A stretch of DNA of 64,000 bases from Salinimicrobium sp. Lineage in GTDB: Archaea; Thermoplasmatota; Poseidoniia; Poseidoniales; Poseidoniaceae. Made by a program: the position numbers and the translations under genes. The notes under the pieces are model-generated. The model had not been told where the DNA came from. It ran no database searches and saw only the letters and a list, made by a program, of their open reading frames with translations. Of this stretch, positions 43,067 to 52,565 are shown one piece after another. The stretch is from the NCBI GenBank assembly GCA_964228865.1, contig CAXRAI010000058.1, positions 2,011 to 66,010 of the forward strand, in the 5' to 3' direction. How positions within the stretch are numbered: position 1 is the first letter of the stretch; every line of letters begins with the position of its first letter.

Positions 43067-44899
43067 TCAACGGGCCCAGAAGTGGTTCTCTTTTCTGTGC
43101 AGCCGCACGATTTCGTCGAGGATTTCCTCCTCCACGGCCGTCAATTCCACTTTGCGGAGCCGACGTGCATGTGATTCAGGGACGTCCACCAGGAACTCAT
43201 CGCCTTCGTTGATGTGTCGGCCGACCGTCGGGCCTTGGATGGCGCAGGCGACCTCATCACCTTGGTTCGCTTCACGTACGTCTTCGCTGTCGCGGGTCCG
43301 AAGGGACTTCACTTGGCCGACCTGTGATCCGTCGGGGCGCATGAGGCGTTGGCCGATGTGCACCCGTCCTCCGATGACCCTTACACCGATGATGGCGGGA
43401 TCACGGCCGCGGAAGGTGTGGTTTTCGAGGTAAAGCAAGCGACCGGGGTGGACCAGATCTTCCCGTGCCGCTGCCTCGGCGGCTGCTTTGGTGTCCGCTC
43501 GCCAGGTTTCGATTTCATCGATGATGTGGTAGATGATCTCCCCCGCCACGAATTTGACTGGAGCATCCTCTGCGGTCAGTCGGTCGGCAACCTCACGGTT
43601 TGGAGCGATGGAAAAACCTGCAATGATTCGATTGAGGGGATCTTTGGCGGATTCCGCGGTCAGGATGTCCCGCTTGTTCACGGGTCCAACGGTCGCCATG
43701 CGAATGGGGATGTCCAGTTGTCCCAGCTCGAAGGCCAGGGCTTCCAACCCACCGATGGTGTCTGCCTTGATGACGACGCCTTCCTCTTGCAGATCGATGT
43801 CGACACGGCATTCCTCGTGGCAAGCAGCGATGGCCGCCTCGAGGGCCGCTTCGTCCTTGGCCAATCGGACGGTCGTTCCCGCCAAGGCACGCTCCAAGCC
43901 TTGAGCGACGATTTTGACGCCACAGGCCGCTTCGACGTGATCGACGGATTCCCATCGGTCGCCCGCATCCCGCATCTCAGCCATGCCTCGTGGTCGCTTC
44001 AGGCCCTTGATGCGCGTCGTGGCAGGGCCGTCGGAAGTGGCGAACACAATCCGATCGCCGGTACGCAGGATACCACGGGACAGGATGACGTCAATGGTTT
44101 TGCTCATCCCCACTTCGTCCTTCATTTCGAGGATGGTCCCCTCCGCATCGCCGAGGGTGTCCGTCAACCGGTCCTCAAGGAAACGTTCAGCCAAACCCAC
44201 GGTCACCGTCAGCAGGTCCTGAAGGCCCTCGCCTTCCTTGGCCGACATCGGGACCAGGGCCACATCGCTGCGGAAATCCTTGATGCGGTCGTAGCGTTCG
44301 AGGTTGAATCCATGTTCGCCAAACATGCCGACGAGTTTCCAGAATCGATCCTCGAAGAGCGCCTGCACGTCTTTGCGTTGGTCGTGGAAGGACGCGATGA
44401 AGGCACGCCCTCGCTCCGAAGACCATCCGTGCAAACGATCCACTTTGTTGCCCGCGACCACGAAGGGTGTTCGGGTTCGACGGAGGATTTCCAGGCTCTC
44501 AATGGTTTGAGGCTGGAGACCTTCCATGATGTCCACCACGAGGATGGCGATGTCGGCCAACTGCCCGCCACGGGAGCGGAGTGACGTGAACGAGTGATGG
44601 CCGGGGGTGTCGATAAACAACAGGCCGGGTGACTTGAAACTCCGTCCTCCCATCATGGCGGCACACGTGTCGTTCAACACGTCAGCAGGAACTTCAGTCG
44701 CGCCGATGTGCTGCGTGATACCACCCGCTTCCCGGTCCATGACCGAGGCTTGGCGGTCCACGCCGATGGAACGGACCAAGTCGAGAAGGCTGGTCTTGCC
44801 GTGATCGACGTGCCCGAGCACGCTGACGATCGGTTGTCGGTTTTCACCGCGTTCTGGGGTTTCCTCTTCAGGGGCGGGTGATTCCGCCTCGTCAGACAT
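43067..44899 (-). CDS. infB: Translation initiation factor aIF5B (IF-2 homologue)
   Basis: VLGHVDHGKTSLLD, DTPGHHSF, GNKVDR. 610 aa. Confidence 0.93.
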   Translation of the reverse strand: MSDEAESPAPEEETPERGENRQPIVSVLGHVDHGKTSLLDLVRSIGVDRQASVMDREAGGITQHIGATEVPADVLNDTCAAMMGGRSFKSPGLLFIDTPGHHSFTSLRSRGGQLADIAILVVDIMEGLQPQTIESLEILRRTRTPFVVAGNKVDRLHGWSSERGRAFIASFHDQRKDVQALFEDRFWKLVGMFGEHGFNLERYDRIKDFRSDVALVPMSAKEGEGLQDLLTVTVGLAERFLEDRLTDTLGDAEGTILEMKDEVGMSKTIDVILSRGILRTGDRIVFATSDGPATTRIKGLKRPRGMAEMRDAGDRWESVDHVEAACGVKIVAQGLERALAGTTVRLAKDEAALEAAIAACHEECRVDIDLQEEGVVIKADTIGGLEALAFELGQLDIPIRMATVGPVNKRDILTAESAKDPLNRIIAGFSIAPNREVADRLTAEDAPVKFVAGEIIYHIIDEIETWRADTKAAAEAAAREDLVHPGRLLYLENHTFRGRDPAIIGVRVIGGRVHIGQRLMRPDGSQVGQVKSLRTRDSEDVREANQGDEVACAIQGPTVGRHINEGDEFLVDVPESHARRLRKVELTAVEEEILDEIVRLHRKENHFWAR

Positions 44900-44914
44900 C
44901 CCCCTTCACCCCGG

Positions 44915-45370
44915 TCATTCGTAGACCCAGCGCTGGCCGTCTTGGGTCCATTCCATGACGCCTTCAGGGAACCAGAGGGCCAGTTCTGCCGCAGCGGTGT
45001 CTTCGCCGTCCGAGCCATGAATCATGTTGTACCCCATGTCCATGCCGTAATCGCCACGGATGGTGCCGGGATCGGCCTCGCGACCGTTGGTGGAACCAAT
45101 GAGGCGTCGGGCCACGGCAATGGCGTCAACCCCTTGCCAAGCCATGCACACCACGGGCCCGGAGGTCACGAAGCTGATGAGGCCCTCAAAGAAGGGGCGC
45201 TCAGCGTGCACAGCATAGTGGGTGCGGGCGATGGTTTGGTCTGGAATCATGGACTTCATGCCCACGAGTTGGAGGCCTTTGCGTTCGAATCGGTTGATGA
45301 TTTCACCGACCAAGCCGCGTTGGACACCGTCGGGCTTGATCATGACGTACGTGGTCTGCATGGTTTTCAC
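44915..45370 (-). CDS. ndk: Nucleoside diphosphate kinase
   Basis: [19 protein letters not shown] and the NMIHGSD active-site motif. Confidence 0.95.
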   Translation of the reverse strand: MKTMQTTYVMIKPDGVQRGLVGEIINRFERKGLQLVGMKSMIPDQTIARTHYAVHAERPFFEGLISFVTSGPVVCMAWQGVDAIAVARRLIGSTNGREADPGTIRGDYGMDMGYNMIHGSDGEDTAAAELALWFPEGVMEWTQDGQRWVYE

Positions 45371-45420
45371 CTAAACCGGCGACCAAGCCGCCCTTCAAGA
45401 AGCATCCTATGGCCGGTGGC

Positions 45421-45612
45421 TCACTGGATGCCGCCCTTCACGTAGTGACGGGTCCACTTGACACGGCGCGCGTTGCGCTTGAGGTGCACCATGTTCTTGC
45501 GGGCCTTGGAGTTCTTGAACCACAAGATGCTCCCGTCACGACGGACGTACATCGTGCCCGTACCGGGCTCGATCTCGTCTCCAGAGAAACTGCAAACACG
45601 TCGTTCTGGCAT
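45421..45612 (-). CDS. rpl24e: 50S ribosomal protein L24e
   Basis: [32 protein letters not shown] is the L24e zinc-ribbon-type N-terminus. Confidence 0.9.
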   Translation of the reverse strand: MPERRVCSFSGDEIEPGTGTMYVRRDGSILWFKNSKARKNMVHLKRNARRVKWTRHYVKGGIQ

Positions 45613-45617
45613 GAAAT

Positions 45618-45842
45618 TCACCTCGCGTTCAGCTTGCGGGCCTCGCGACCCGTGTCCTTGAGCATCAGGATGTCACCGACACGAACGGGGCCAAGCACGT
45701 TGCGCGTGATGATCCGACCGACGTCACGGGGGTTCGGGGCGTCGTTGACACGGACCTTGACCTGGGTGGCTTCACCGGTCATGCCGGTCCGACCGACGAC
45801 TTCGACGACCTCTGCGGGCCATCCTCCGAGTTCTTCGCTCAT
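45618..45842 (-). CDS. rps28e: 30S ribosomal protein S28e
   Basis: [24 protein letters not shown]...[27 protein letters not shown]. Confidence 0.9.
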   Translation of the reverse strand: MSEELGGWPAEVVEVVGRTGMTGEATQVKVRVNDAPNPRDVGRIITRNVLGPVRVGDILMLKDTGREARKLNAR

Positions 45843-45856
45843 GTGGATCCCTCCAA

Positions 45857-46228
45857 TCAAGCCCGCAGGCCCTTGATGAGTTCGAGGACTTCATCGAGCA
45901 TTTCCTGAGCGGCTTTGGGCACATCCATGATGGCCAAGCTTGCGGCCTTCACACCGGCCTCCATGCCGGCTTCTTTGGCCAAGAATTCCTGAGAAGGGAC
46001 GTAGCCGAAGGGGATGCTGTTGTCGTCGCAGATGAGGGGGATGTGGTTCACGAGCTCGGGAGGGTTCACGTCCTCTGCAAGGACGACAAAGGCCGCCGTC
46101 TTGCGAAGGGCGACTTTCGTCACTTCGTTCGAACCACGCTTGATGCGGCCGCCGTTGCAGGCTTGCACCAATTCGTAGATTTTGTTGCTGACGTCTTCGG
46201 GGGTCTCGTATCGCACGTGCACACTCAT
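45857..46228 (-). CDS. rpl7ae: 50S ribosomal protein L7Ae (K-turn binding)
   Basis: [49 protein letters not shown]. Start at MSVHVRYE, preceded by GGAGG. The longer track ORF is an upstream extension. Confidence 0.9.
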   Translation of the reverse strand: MSVHVRYETPEDVSNKIYELVQACNGGRIKRGSNEVTKVALRKTAAFVVLAEDVNPPELVNHIPLICDDNSIPFGYVPSQEFLAKEAGMEAGVKAASLAIMDVPKAAQEMLDEVLELIKGLRA

Positions 46229-46272
46229 CGGATATCCTCCTCGTGTAGGTAAGCCGTGCGCCACGTGGTCCG

Positions 46273-46280
46273 GATATAAA
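46273..46280 (-). promoter_or_regulatory. Candidate TATA box TTTATATC for the rpl7ae-rps28e-rpl24e-ndk-infB gene string
   Basis: Near-consensus archaeal TATA element ~45-50 nt upstream of the rpl7ae ATG, in the short gap after prs. Confidence 0.4.
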
Positions 46281-46304
46281 CGCACCGGCACACGTCGGCG
46301 GCGT

Positions 46305-47243
46305 TCAGGACCACGTTTTGAGGATGGATTTGACCCCCCGCGCGAGCGCAGGGCCTCCCTGAATGACGCCTCGCGGGTTGGGCAGGCTGCCAGTGGCGTG
46401 TACGCCATCCACGAAACTGGACAGGCGGTGGATGGCTCCACCGGTGAACAATCCGTGGCAGCATGCTGCGTGGACGGCAAGGGCACCTTGGGCGCGGAGG
46501 GCTTCTGCTGCGCGGCAGATGGTACCGCCTGTGGCGATCATGTCGTCCACAATCGCCACAATTTTGCCGTCAACGTCCAGATCCTTGGCCTGGTGAACGA
46601 TGGTGTGTGCATCGATGCGCGTTTTCTCAAGGTAGGAGAATCCACACCCGATGGCTTCAGCCACCGACGAGGCTCGATCGATGGCCCCCTTGTCTGGGGA
46701 GAGCACAAAGTCAGGTCGAACCGTGGATTGCAAGTGGGCCGCAAGTTCAGGCATCGCGCTGGTGAAGGCCACCGGCACGGGCAAATCTTCCAGCACCGCC
46801 GGTGCATGGAGGTCGAGGACGACCATGGCATCACAGTGCGAAGCGAGGAGACGGCCGATGGCTTTGGCTGAAATCGGCTCACCGGGCTTGAATCGCTTGT
46901 CTTGACGTGCGTATCCATAGTACGGAATGGCCAAAATAACGCCAGATCCGACGTCATCCATGGCCTGAGGGCCGATATTTCGCAAATTTTCCATGTGCCC
47001 TGCGCGGAGGTCCCGGATCAAGTCGAGCAAAAGGAGGGTTTCGACAATCCCAGCGTCGGGGAAGGTGTTGGACACCACGACGACGGGCTCACTCCGAATG
47101 GCTTCGATGTGTTCCTCTGGCATCCGGACGTATCCTTCGGTGTCTGGGAATCTCCTGGACTCTGCGGGGATGTAGGCCCACCCCAGGGCGGTGGCCAGTT
47201 CCTCTGCGATGGCCCGCGCGTTGCTGCTGGAGACGACCGCCAC
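46305..47243 (-). CDS. prs: Ribose-phosphate pyrophosphokinase
   Basis: PRPP-binding loop IVDDMIATGGTI. N-terminal ...ELATALG...RFPDTEGYVR pattern. Confidence 0.88.
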   Translation of the reverse strand: MAVVSSSNARAIAEELATALGWAYIPAESRRFPDTEGYVRMPEEHIEAIRSEPVVVVSNTFPDAGIVETLLLLDLIRDLRAGHMENLRNIGPQAMDDVGSGVILAIPYYGYARQDKRFKPGEPISAKAIGRLLASHCDAMVVLDLHAPAVLEDLPVPVAFTSAMPELAAHLQSTVRPDFVLSPDKGAIDRASSVAEAIGCGFSYLEKTRIDAHTIVHQAKDLDVDGKIVAIVDDMIATGGTICRAAEALRAQGALAVHAACCHGLFTGGAIHRLSSFVDGVHATGSLPNPRGVIQGGPALARGVKSILKTWS

Positions 47244-47294
47244 GTTCAGGGCTTCAGCCGACGCTTGAAGGGCTTTCCCGTGGAAGAGGAGGAG

Positions 47295-47368
47295 TGCGCG
47301 AGGCAGGACTCGAACCTGCGACCTCCCGGTTATCAGCCGGGTGCTCCAACCGACTAAGCTACCCGCGC
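47295..47368 (-). tRNA. tRNA-Ile (anticodon GAT)
   Basis: The minus strand reads GCGCGGG-TA-GCTT..GAGC-A-CCCGG-CTGATAA-CCGGG-AGGTC-GCAGG-TTCGAGT-CCTGC-CTCGCGC-A. Confidence 0.9.
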
Positions 47369-47419
47369 TTGGGCAGGCCGCCGACCTGACGTGTCATCAA
47401 AAGGATGACGGTGAGGCAT

Positions 47420-48013
47420 TCACTCAAATTCAGAGGCGTCCATCTCGTTGAGCGCGATGTAAGAAGGCAACTGCATGGCACGTTCGAAGGTACGACCCAG
47501 CACCACCTCATCGAGTCGATCGCGTGTGCGGGCGATGGCCGTGAGCGGCAAGCGGATGGTTGGTCCAAGTTCGAAGCGTTGTTGGACGCCAATGCGCAAG
47601 GTGACGATGAAGCCCTTGTACGTCCGCTTGACCTTGAGCAATCCAGTGATGATGCCGACCTCATTGCCCTGGTTGTCGAGCACGGCGCGGTCAAGCATTT
47701 CATCGGGCGCGTAGAGTTGTTCGTCAATCCGGACCGTGTTCCGCCACCGGCGTTGCAGTTCACGCATGGACTTCGAAAGACGCACGGAGCCGTCGTCGTT
47801 GATGCTGTGCACCAATTCCTTGGGCAGCGGTGCATATTCGGCGGGTTTGCGCATGAATTCGCCCGCGACGTCCGTTTCGACCAGCATGCGCATGGATCGA
47901 ACACGGGACTCGTTTGGATGGTGGCGTTCACCGATGATGGTGCCCACCTTCGTGTCCTTCACGTATACGTCCCGTTGCATCAGCTCCTGAATGTGGTAGT
48001 CTGTTGGTGCCAT
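47420..48013 (-). CDS. Hypothetical protein, possibly with two PRC-barrel-like modules
   Basis: LMQRDVYVKDTKVGTIIG and MLDRAVLDNQGNEVGIITGLL resemble PRC-barrel N-terminal strands. Weak assignment. Confidence 0.45.
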   Translation of the reverse strand: MAPTDYHIQELMQRDVYVKDTKVGTIIGERHHPNESRVRSMRMLVETDVAGEFMRKPAEYAPLPKELVHSINDDGSVRLSKSMRELQRRWRNTVRIDEQLYAPDEMLDRAVLDNQGNEVGIITGLLKVKRTYKGFIVTLRIGVQQRFELGPTIRLPLTAIARTRDRLDEVVLGRTFERAMQLPSYIALNEMDASEFE

Positions 48014-48081
48014 GTTTTCCCTTCCCGTTGCACGGCCTGTGATGAGGGGGACACTTAATGTCTTCGACGGATAATGTAACT

Positions 48082-48330
48082 GTTCAATTGAGAATAGTCG
48101 TATTCTTGAGTAATTTCAATTGGAGATTCACGAAAATCGGCATGTCGCATAATCCATTCTGGTAACTGAATGCTGGCAGGATTCAATCTTGATTGGTGTC
48201 AAATTCCAATTGAAATCCCTCAAATATTCTGCGTCAGCACTGCCACGCCGACACGATCTGCCGCTCTGCCTGGCCGATGCCCTGGTGGAACGGGTGAATG
48301 CGCCAGAAAAAGAGCAATTTCCAATTGAAA
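48082..48330. repeat. Cluster of four TTYCAATTGRRA palindromic 12-mers in an AT-rich divergent intergenic region
   Basis: GTTCAATTGAGA 48082-48093, TTTCAATTGGAG 48114-48125, TTCCAATTGAAA 48204-48215, TTCCAATTGAAA 48319-48330. Confidence 0.7.
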
Positions 48331-48394
48331 CACGCCGGTATTCGCTCATGGTTGTGGCGGCGACCTCATTAGGGAAAAGCCACGACCTGCAAGC

Positions 48395-49081
48395 ATGGTG
48401 GCCATCGGTCTTGGTGGCTTGCACCCGAGGTTGGCCGCAACGGTCCTGCTTCACGCTGCGCGAAAAGGTCAGGCCGTATGTGGCGCCGTGCCGGCCGCAC
48501 GGCAACTGGCTCACGCCCGGGACCCCCTCGGTGCATCGTCTGTGGTCGAATCAAGCGAGGCCACGGTCCATCTTTTCGGTCCGGGCGACCACCACCGCTT
48601 GGCCCTGAGCCGCGGCGATCACGTGCTGACGGTGCTACCACTGGACGTTATTCCCACCCTTACTGCTGGGGTGTGGCCGGTCGTCCACCTGGACGACAAC
48701 GTTCGAGACGGATGGTGGGTCGCTGAACACGACGTCATTGACGCCATCTTACATCTGGCCCAGGTGCCGTTCTCAACCGGAACGGTGGTCATGAGCGGGC
48801 GCCGGCTTTGGCAAGCCTCTGAGCTGGTTCAAGAGGCCTCCATGCTTCATCGCCGTTGGTCGGCGGGCCTCGACGGGGCCTTTTCTGTCGACGTTCTTGC
48901 CGAACCACAACGGCCGCCCGTGCGCGTCCAAACGATCCTTTCAGGGGAATCGGAACCTGACCTTCGGCCGCTGCACGAGCTTCTTCTTGCTCAACGGGCC
49001 GAAGGCTGGCGTCCCCAAATGACCGTGAGGGAGGCCCTGATGCACCATTTGGCCTTGAACGAAGGGCTCAACCGTGCGTGA
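48395..49081 (+). CDS. Hypothetical protein (start and frame at the 5' end uncertain)
   Basis: 228-aa ORF with plausible composition from about residue 45 onward. An overlapping ORF (48189-48608) in another frame looks coding in its first ~60 codons. Confidence 0.4.
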   Translation: MVAIGLGGLHPRLAATVLLHAARKGQAVCGAVPAARQLAHARDPLGASSVVESSEATVHLFGPGDHHRLALSRGDHVLTVLPLDVIPTLTAGVWPVVHLDDNVRDGWWVAEHDVIDAILHLAQVPFSTGTVVMSGRRLWQASELVQEASMLHRRWSAGLDGAFSVDVLAEPQRPPVRVQTILSGESEPDLRPLHELLLAQRAEGWRPQMTVREALMHHLALNEGLNRA

Positions 49082-50075
49082 ACAGATCCGCGCCCAACAG
49101 CGGAAGAAGGACGCTCGCATCACCTTCGACGCAAACGTTCGGAGCCTCTGCTCGCATCTTCCCCCAGGAGATGGCTTCCCGAAGGCGCGCGCCGGACAAA
49201 GATCCGTCATGCTCTGGCGCGGTGGTGATGTACACGGCCGCGTCAAGACCACCCCGGTATTGGTTCCACCAGATGACGTGGTGTTTGGAAATACCACCGC
49301 CCACCATCAGCGCGTTTGAGGTCTCGACGTCCCACGTCAGGTCGCTCATCACCTGCTCGTCGGCCAAAGTGTCGAGATGGAAATCACGGTATTTCTGCCG
49401 GAACATGAACAACTGTGCACCGATGGACCCGTCCGTGATGCCAGGGATGCACACCGGGATGCGGTGCTTTGCTGCCCAATGGATGAGCGAATCCTCCGTT
49501 CCGATTTTTTCCCCCAAGGCCCAGACCAGATGAATGGACCCGAATCCAAGCCACGCGTCTGCGCCGGTCAACCCGGTTTCGGCCAAACGCTCGGCCCTGA
49601 TTTCTTCGAGCGCGGGCATGACCACCGCTTCGATGATCTCCCCGTAGGATGAGGTCGGGACGATGACGTTGCCTAAACGCATCAAATCGTGCTCGCCCAA
49701 CTCGATGTCGTCCAACTCGAATGCACCGTGATAGTACGCTGCATGGGCTCGGGCAATGTCGTGGTCCAGGGTGCCGCAGGTCGTTGAAACCACGTTGAAC
49801 ATCTTCCGCCGTAGGGCTTCGACAAAGAATCCACGCGTTCCTGTGGCGCACAAACAGGCAGGAAAGGACAGCCAGTTCAGCATCCTCGCTGGGTCATGGT
49901 CAACCCCTGTCAGGTCCTGGTGCATGTCCTTGAGGATGTTCCGGGCCATGGCCAGCTTGGTCGCAGTAAAGCCTCCTGCGGAGGCCATCTGATCGATGAG
50001 TCCACGCGGGGTGTTCGCCGACGCAAAGTCGTAATCGGCAACAGGCACGTCGAACTGAGTGGGGTCAATGGCCAT
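49068..50075 (-). CDS. dys: Deoxyhypusine synthase
   Basis: MVGGGISKHHVIWWN and TTAPEHDGSLSGARLREAISWGK are DHS signatures. Start at MAIDPTQF. Confidence 0.9.
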   Translation of the reverse strand: MAIDPTQFDVPVADYDFASANTPRGLIDQMASAGGFTATKLAMARNILKDMHQDLTGVDHDPARMLNWLSFPACLCATGTRGFFVEALRRKMFNVVSTTCGTLDHDIARAHAAYYHGAFELDDIELGEHDLMRLGNVIVPTSSYGEIIEAVVMPALEEIRAERLAETGLTGADAWLGFGSIHLVWALGEKIGTEDSLIHWAAKHRIPVCIPGITDGSIGAQLFMFRQKYRDFHLDTLADEQVMSDLTWDVETSNALMVGGGISKHHVIWWNQYRGGLDAAVYITTAPEHDGSLSGARLREAISWGKMRAEAPNVCVEGDASVLLPLLGADLFTHG

Positions 50076-50100
50076 GGCACGGCCTCGTCGATGCTCCCCT

Positions 50101-52404
50101 TCAATCAATCCCTGCTGCATCGAGCCGGTCGTTGATCAGCATCAAGCGATCGCGCAGCCGCGCAGCCTCTTCGAAATCGAGGGCCTTCGCGGCATCTTCC
50201 ATGGCGGACTTCACTTCTGAGGCCAGTTCTGCTAAGGCCTCTTGGTTGGAAGGAAGTTCATTGTCGGTTTCCAATTGAGAATCGTAATGTTCAATTGAAA
50301 TCCGCTGGTCATTGTCTGTCCCACCGTTCGCTGCCATAAACGTGGGTCCTGCACCTTCTGCGCGACCACCTCGGCGGGCCACCAAGCGCTTACCACCGCG
50401 ACCTGCAGCGGTGGTTCCTTCGACAAGACCCTCAGATTCTTGGCCCATCTGCGGAAGGGCCTTGACGATGGTTCTCGGCACGATGCCACGCCGCTGATTG
50501 TCCTGTTCTTGACGTTCGCGACGTTCCAGCGTTTGACGGATGGCCGCGGTCATCGAAGGCGACACGCTGTCTGCATACAGCAAGACTGAGCCGTTGGCGT
50601 TGCGGGCCGCACGGCCGATGGTTTGCAACAGGGAGCGTTCGTTGCGAAGGAAGCCTTGCCGGTCGGCGTCAAAGATGGCCACCAAACTGACCTCCGGGAT
50701 GTCGAGGCCCTCGCGGAGGAGGTTGATGCCGACGATGACGTCAATGAGTCCCAAACGAAGGGCATTGATGATCTCGGTTCGCTCGATGGTGTCGATTTCT
50801 GAGTGCAGGTGATGGGCCTTGACGCCCATGCGGCTGAGGTAGGCCGCGACTTCCTCTGCGAACTTGATGGTCAGCACGGTGACCAAGGTCCGTTCACCTC
50901 GCTCGATGCGGGCGTTGATTTCGGACAGCAAGTCGGCCACCTGGCCTTCCGTGGGACGGACTTCGATGCCTGGATCCAACAGCCCAGTCGGCCGAATTTC
51001 CATCCGAGGCAGGTGGTCGATGCTTTGCAGCATCTCGTACATCGAGGGCGAGCCCTGGATTTTCTTTGCCACATCGGCAGGGCCTGCTCCACCTTGCGAC
51101 GCGACGTGCAACAGGCCCTCGGGCACCGCCTGCCCCGTGACTTCACACAGATGACGCAGTTCCCGCTCCCCGGGGGTGGCCGAGACGTACACCATTTGCG
51201 GCACGAGGCTCTGGAATTCAGGGAGCTTCAGCGGCCGGTTGTCTGCAGCAGAAGGCAGACGGAAGCCATGTTCGATGAGGTTCTCCTTGCGTGCCCGGTC
51301 GCCGTGGTACATGCCACCGACCTGGGGCAAGGTCACGTGAGATTCGTCCATGATGACGAGGAAGCGGCTGGGGTCGCCGTGGAACTGCCGAGCACACGCC
51401 GCGAAGAAGTCCAGCAAGCAGTACGGTCGCTCTCCCGCATCACGGCCGTCGAAATGCCGTGAGTAGTTCTCAATCGCCAAGCAATGCCCCACTTCACGCA
51501 GCATTTCGAGGTCGTACTCGGTGCGTTGCTCCAGCCGGTGCCGCTTCACCACTTCATTTGTGCCGTCGAAGTGCTTCAGACGGCCGTTCAACTCGTTCTC
51601 GATGCGCTCGAGGGCGATTTCGAAGCGTTCCGGGCTGGTCATGAAGAATTCCTTCGGGTGAATCCAAGCTTCCTCCAACTCGTCAAGCACCTCCCAACTG
51701 ACCGGATCGCACACGGCCACGGCGACAACGCCGTCGAAATCGAAGCGGATGCGCAACGGGTCGTCGCGGCTCGGCATCCACACGTCCAACACTTCGCCGC
51801 GCAAGCGGGCTTGTCCTCGCTCAAGGTCCGTGTTGGTCCGCGCGTACTGCAGCCCGACCAGGGCCTTCATCAGATCCTGCGGCTCGATGGCCTGACCCAC
51901 GTGCACCCTGAGGTGGTGCTCAAGGAAGGTCTCGGGCGGGTTCAGCCCGTAAATGCACGAGACAGAGGACACGATGACGCAATCCGGCCGGGACACCAAA
52001 CTGGCCACGGCCGAGAAGCGCTCCTGCTCGATGCGCTCGTTGATGGAGAGTTCCTTGTCGATGTACAGGTCCCGCTTGGGCAGGTAGGCTTCAGGTTGGT
52101 AGTAGTCGTAATGCGACACGAAGTACTCCACGGCATTCTCCGGGAAGTAGCCCGCCAATTCGTGGTGCAACTGTCGCGCGAGCGTTTTGTTGTGCGACAT
52201 GATCAGCGTGGGAAGGTTCAGCCGCTCGATGACGTTCGCCATGGCGAAGGTCTTGCCTGACCCCGTCACACCAAGCAGCACGCACCGTTCTTGACCACCC
52301 TCAATTTGCTGGACCAGGTGCTCGATGGCTTCCGGCTGATCACCGGCGGGAGCATGTTCCGAATGCAGCACAAAGCGGCTGACCTCCGGGCGGAGGTGCT
52401 CCAT
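50101..52404 (-). CDS. uvrB: Excinuclease ABC subunit B
   Basis: FVLHSEHAPAGDQPEAI, GVTGSGKTF, QTIGRAARN, C-terminal UVR motif AKALDFEEAARLRDRL. An alternative start at 52524 would add a 40-aa acidic extension. Confidence 0.93.
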   Translation of the reverse strand: MEHLRPEVSRFVLHSEHAPAGDQPEAIEHLVQQIEGGQERCVLLGVTGSGKTFAMANVIERLNLPTLIMSHNKTLARQLHHELAGYFPENAVEYFVSHYDYYQPEAYLPKRDLYIDKELSINERIEQERFSAVASLVSRPDCVIVSSVSCIYGLNPPETFLEHHLRVHVGQAIEPQDLMKALVGLQYARTNTDLERGQARLRGEVLDVWMPSRDDPLRIRFDFDGVVAVAVCDPVSWEVLDELEEAWIHPKEFFMTSPERFEIALERIENELNGRLKHFDGTNEVVKRHRLEQRTEYDLEMLREVGHCLAIENYSRHFDGRDAGERPYCLLDFFAACARQFHGDPSRFLVIMDESHVTLPQVGGMYHGDRARKENLIEHGFRLPSAADNRPLKLPEFQSLVPQMVYVSATPGERELRHLCEVTGQAVPEGLLHVASQGGAGPADVAKKIQGSPSMYEMLQSIDHLPRMEIRPTGLLDPGIEVRPTEGQVADLLSEINARIERGERTLVTVLTIKFAEEVAAYLSRMGVKAHHLHSEIDTIERTEIINALRLGLIDVIVGINLLREGLDIPEVSLVAIFDADRQGFLRNERSLLQTIGRAARNANGSVLLYADSVSPSMTAAIRQTLERRERQEQDNQRRGIVPRTIVKALPQMGQESEGLVEGTTAAGRGGKRLVARRGGRAEGAGPTFMAANGGTDNDQRISIEHYDSQLETDNELPSNQEALAELASEVKSAMEDAAKALDFEEAARLRDRLMLINDRLDAAGID
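50269..50300. repeat. Pair of TTYCAATTGRRA 12-mers 20 bp apart inside the uvrB linker
   Basis: TTCCAATTGAGA 50269-50280 and GTTCAATTGAAA 50289-50300, bracketed by the 8-bp direct repeat TCATTGTC (50258-50265, 50309-50316). Confidence 0.7.
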
Positions 52405-52565
52405 GGAGGCCCCCTCGAGGGCACGGGACAAGTCGAAGGGGTCCCGCTCCTGCAGGTCCACCTCGCCCACGTCGAGGTTGGCACGGGCCTCGAAGGACCC
52501 GTCATCGTCCCAGTCATCGACCACGAATCAGGGCGGTCGGGCGCCGGTTTGAACCCTTGTGGGAC

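Noticed and set aside
41871-44584. 520-aa and 411-aa plus-strand ORFs (41871-43433, 43349-44584), and also 40958-41773
   Set aside because: They are antisense to the well-supported moxR, infB and parA-like genes.
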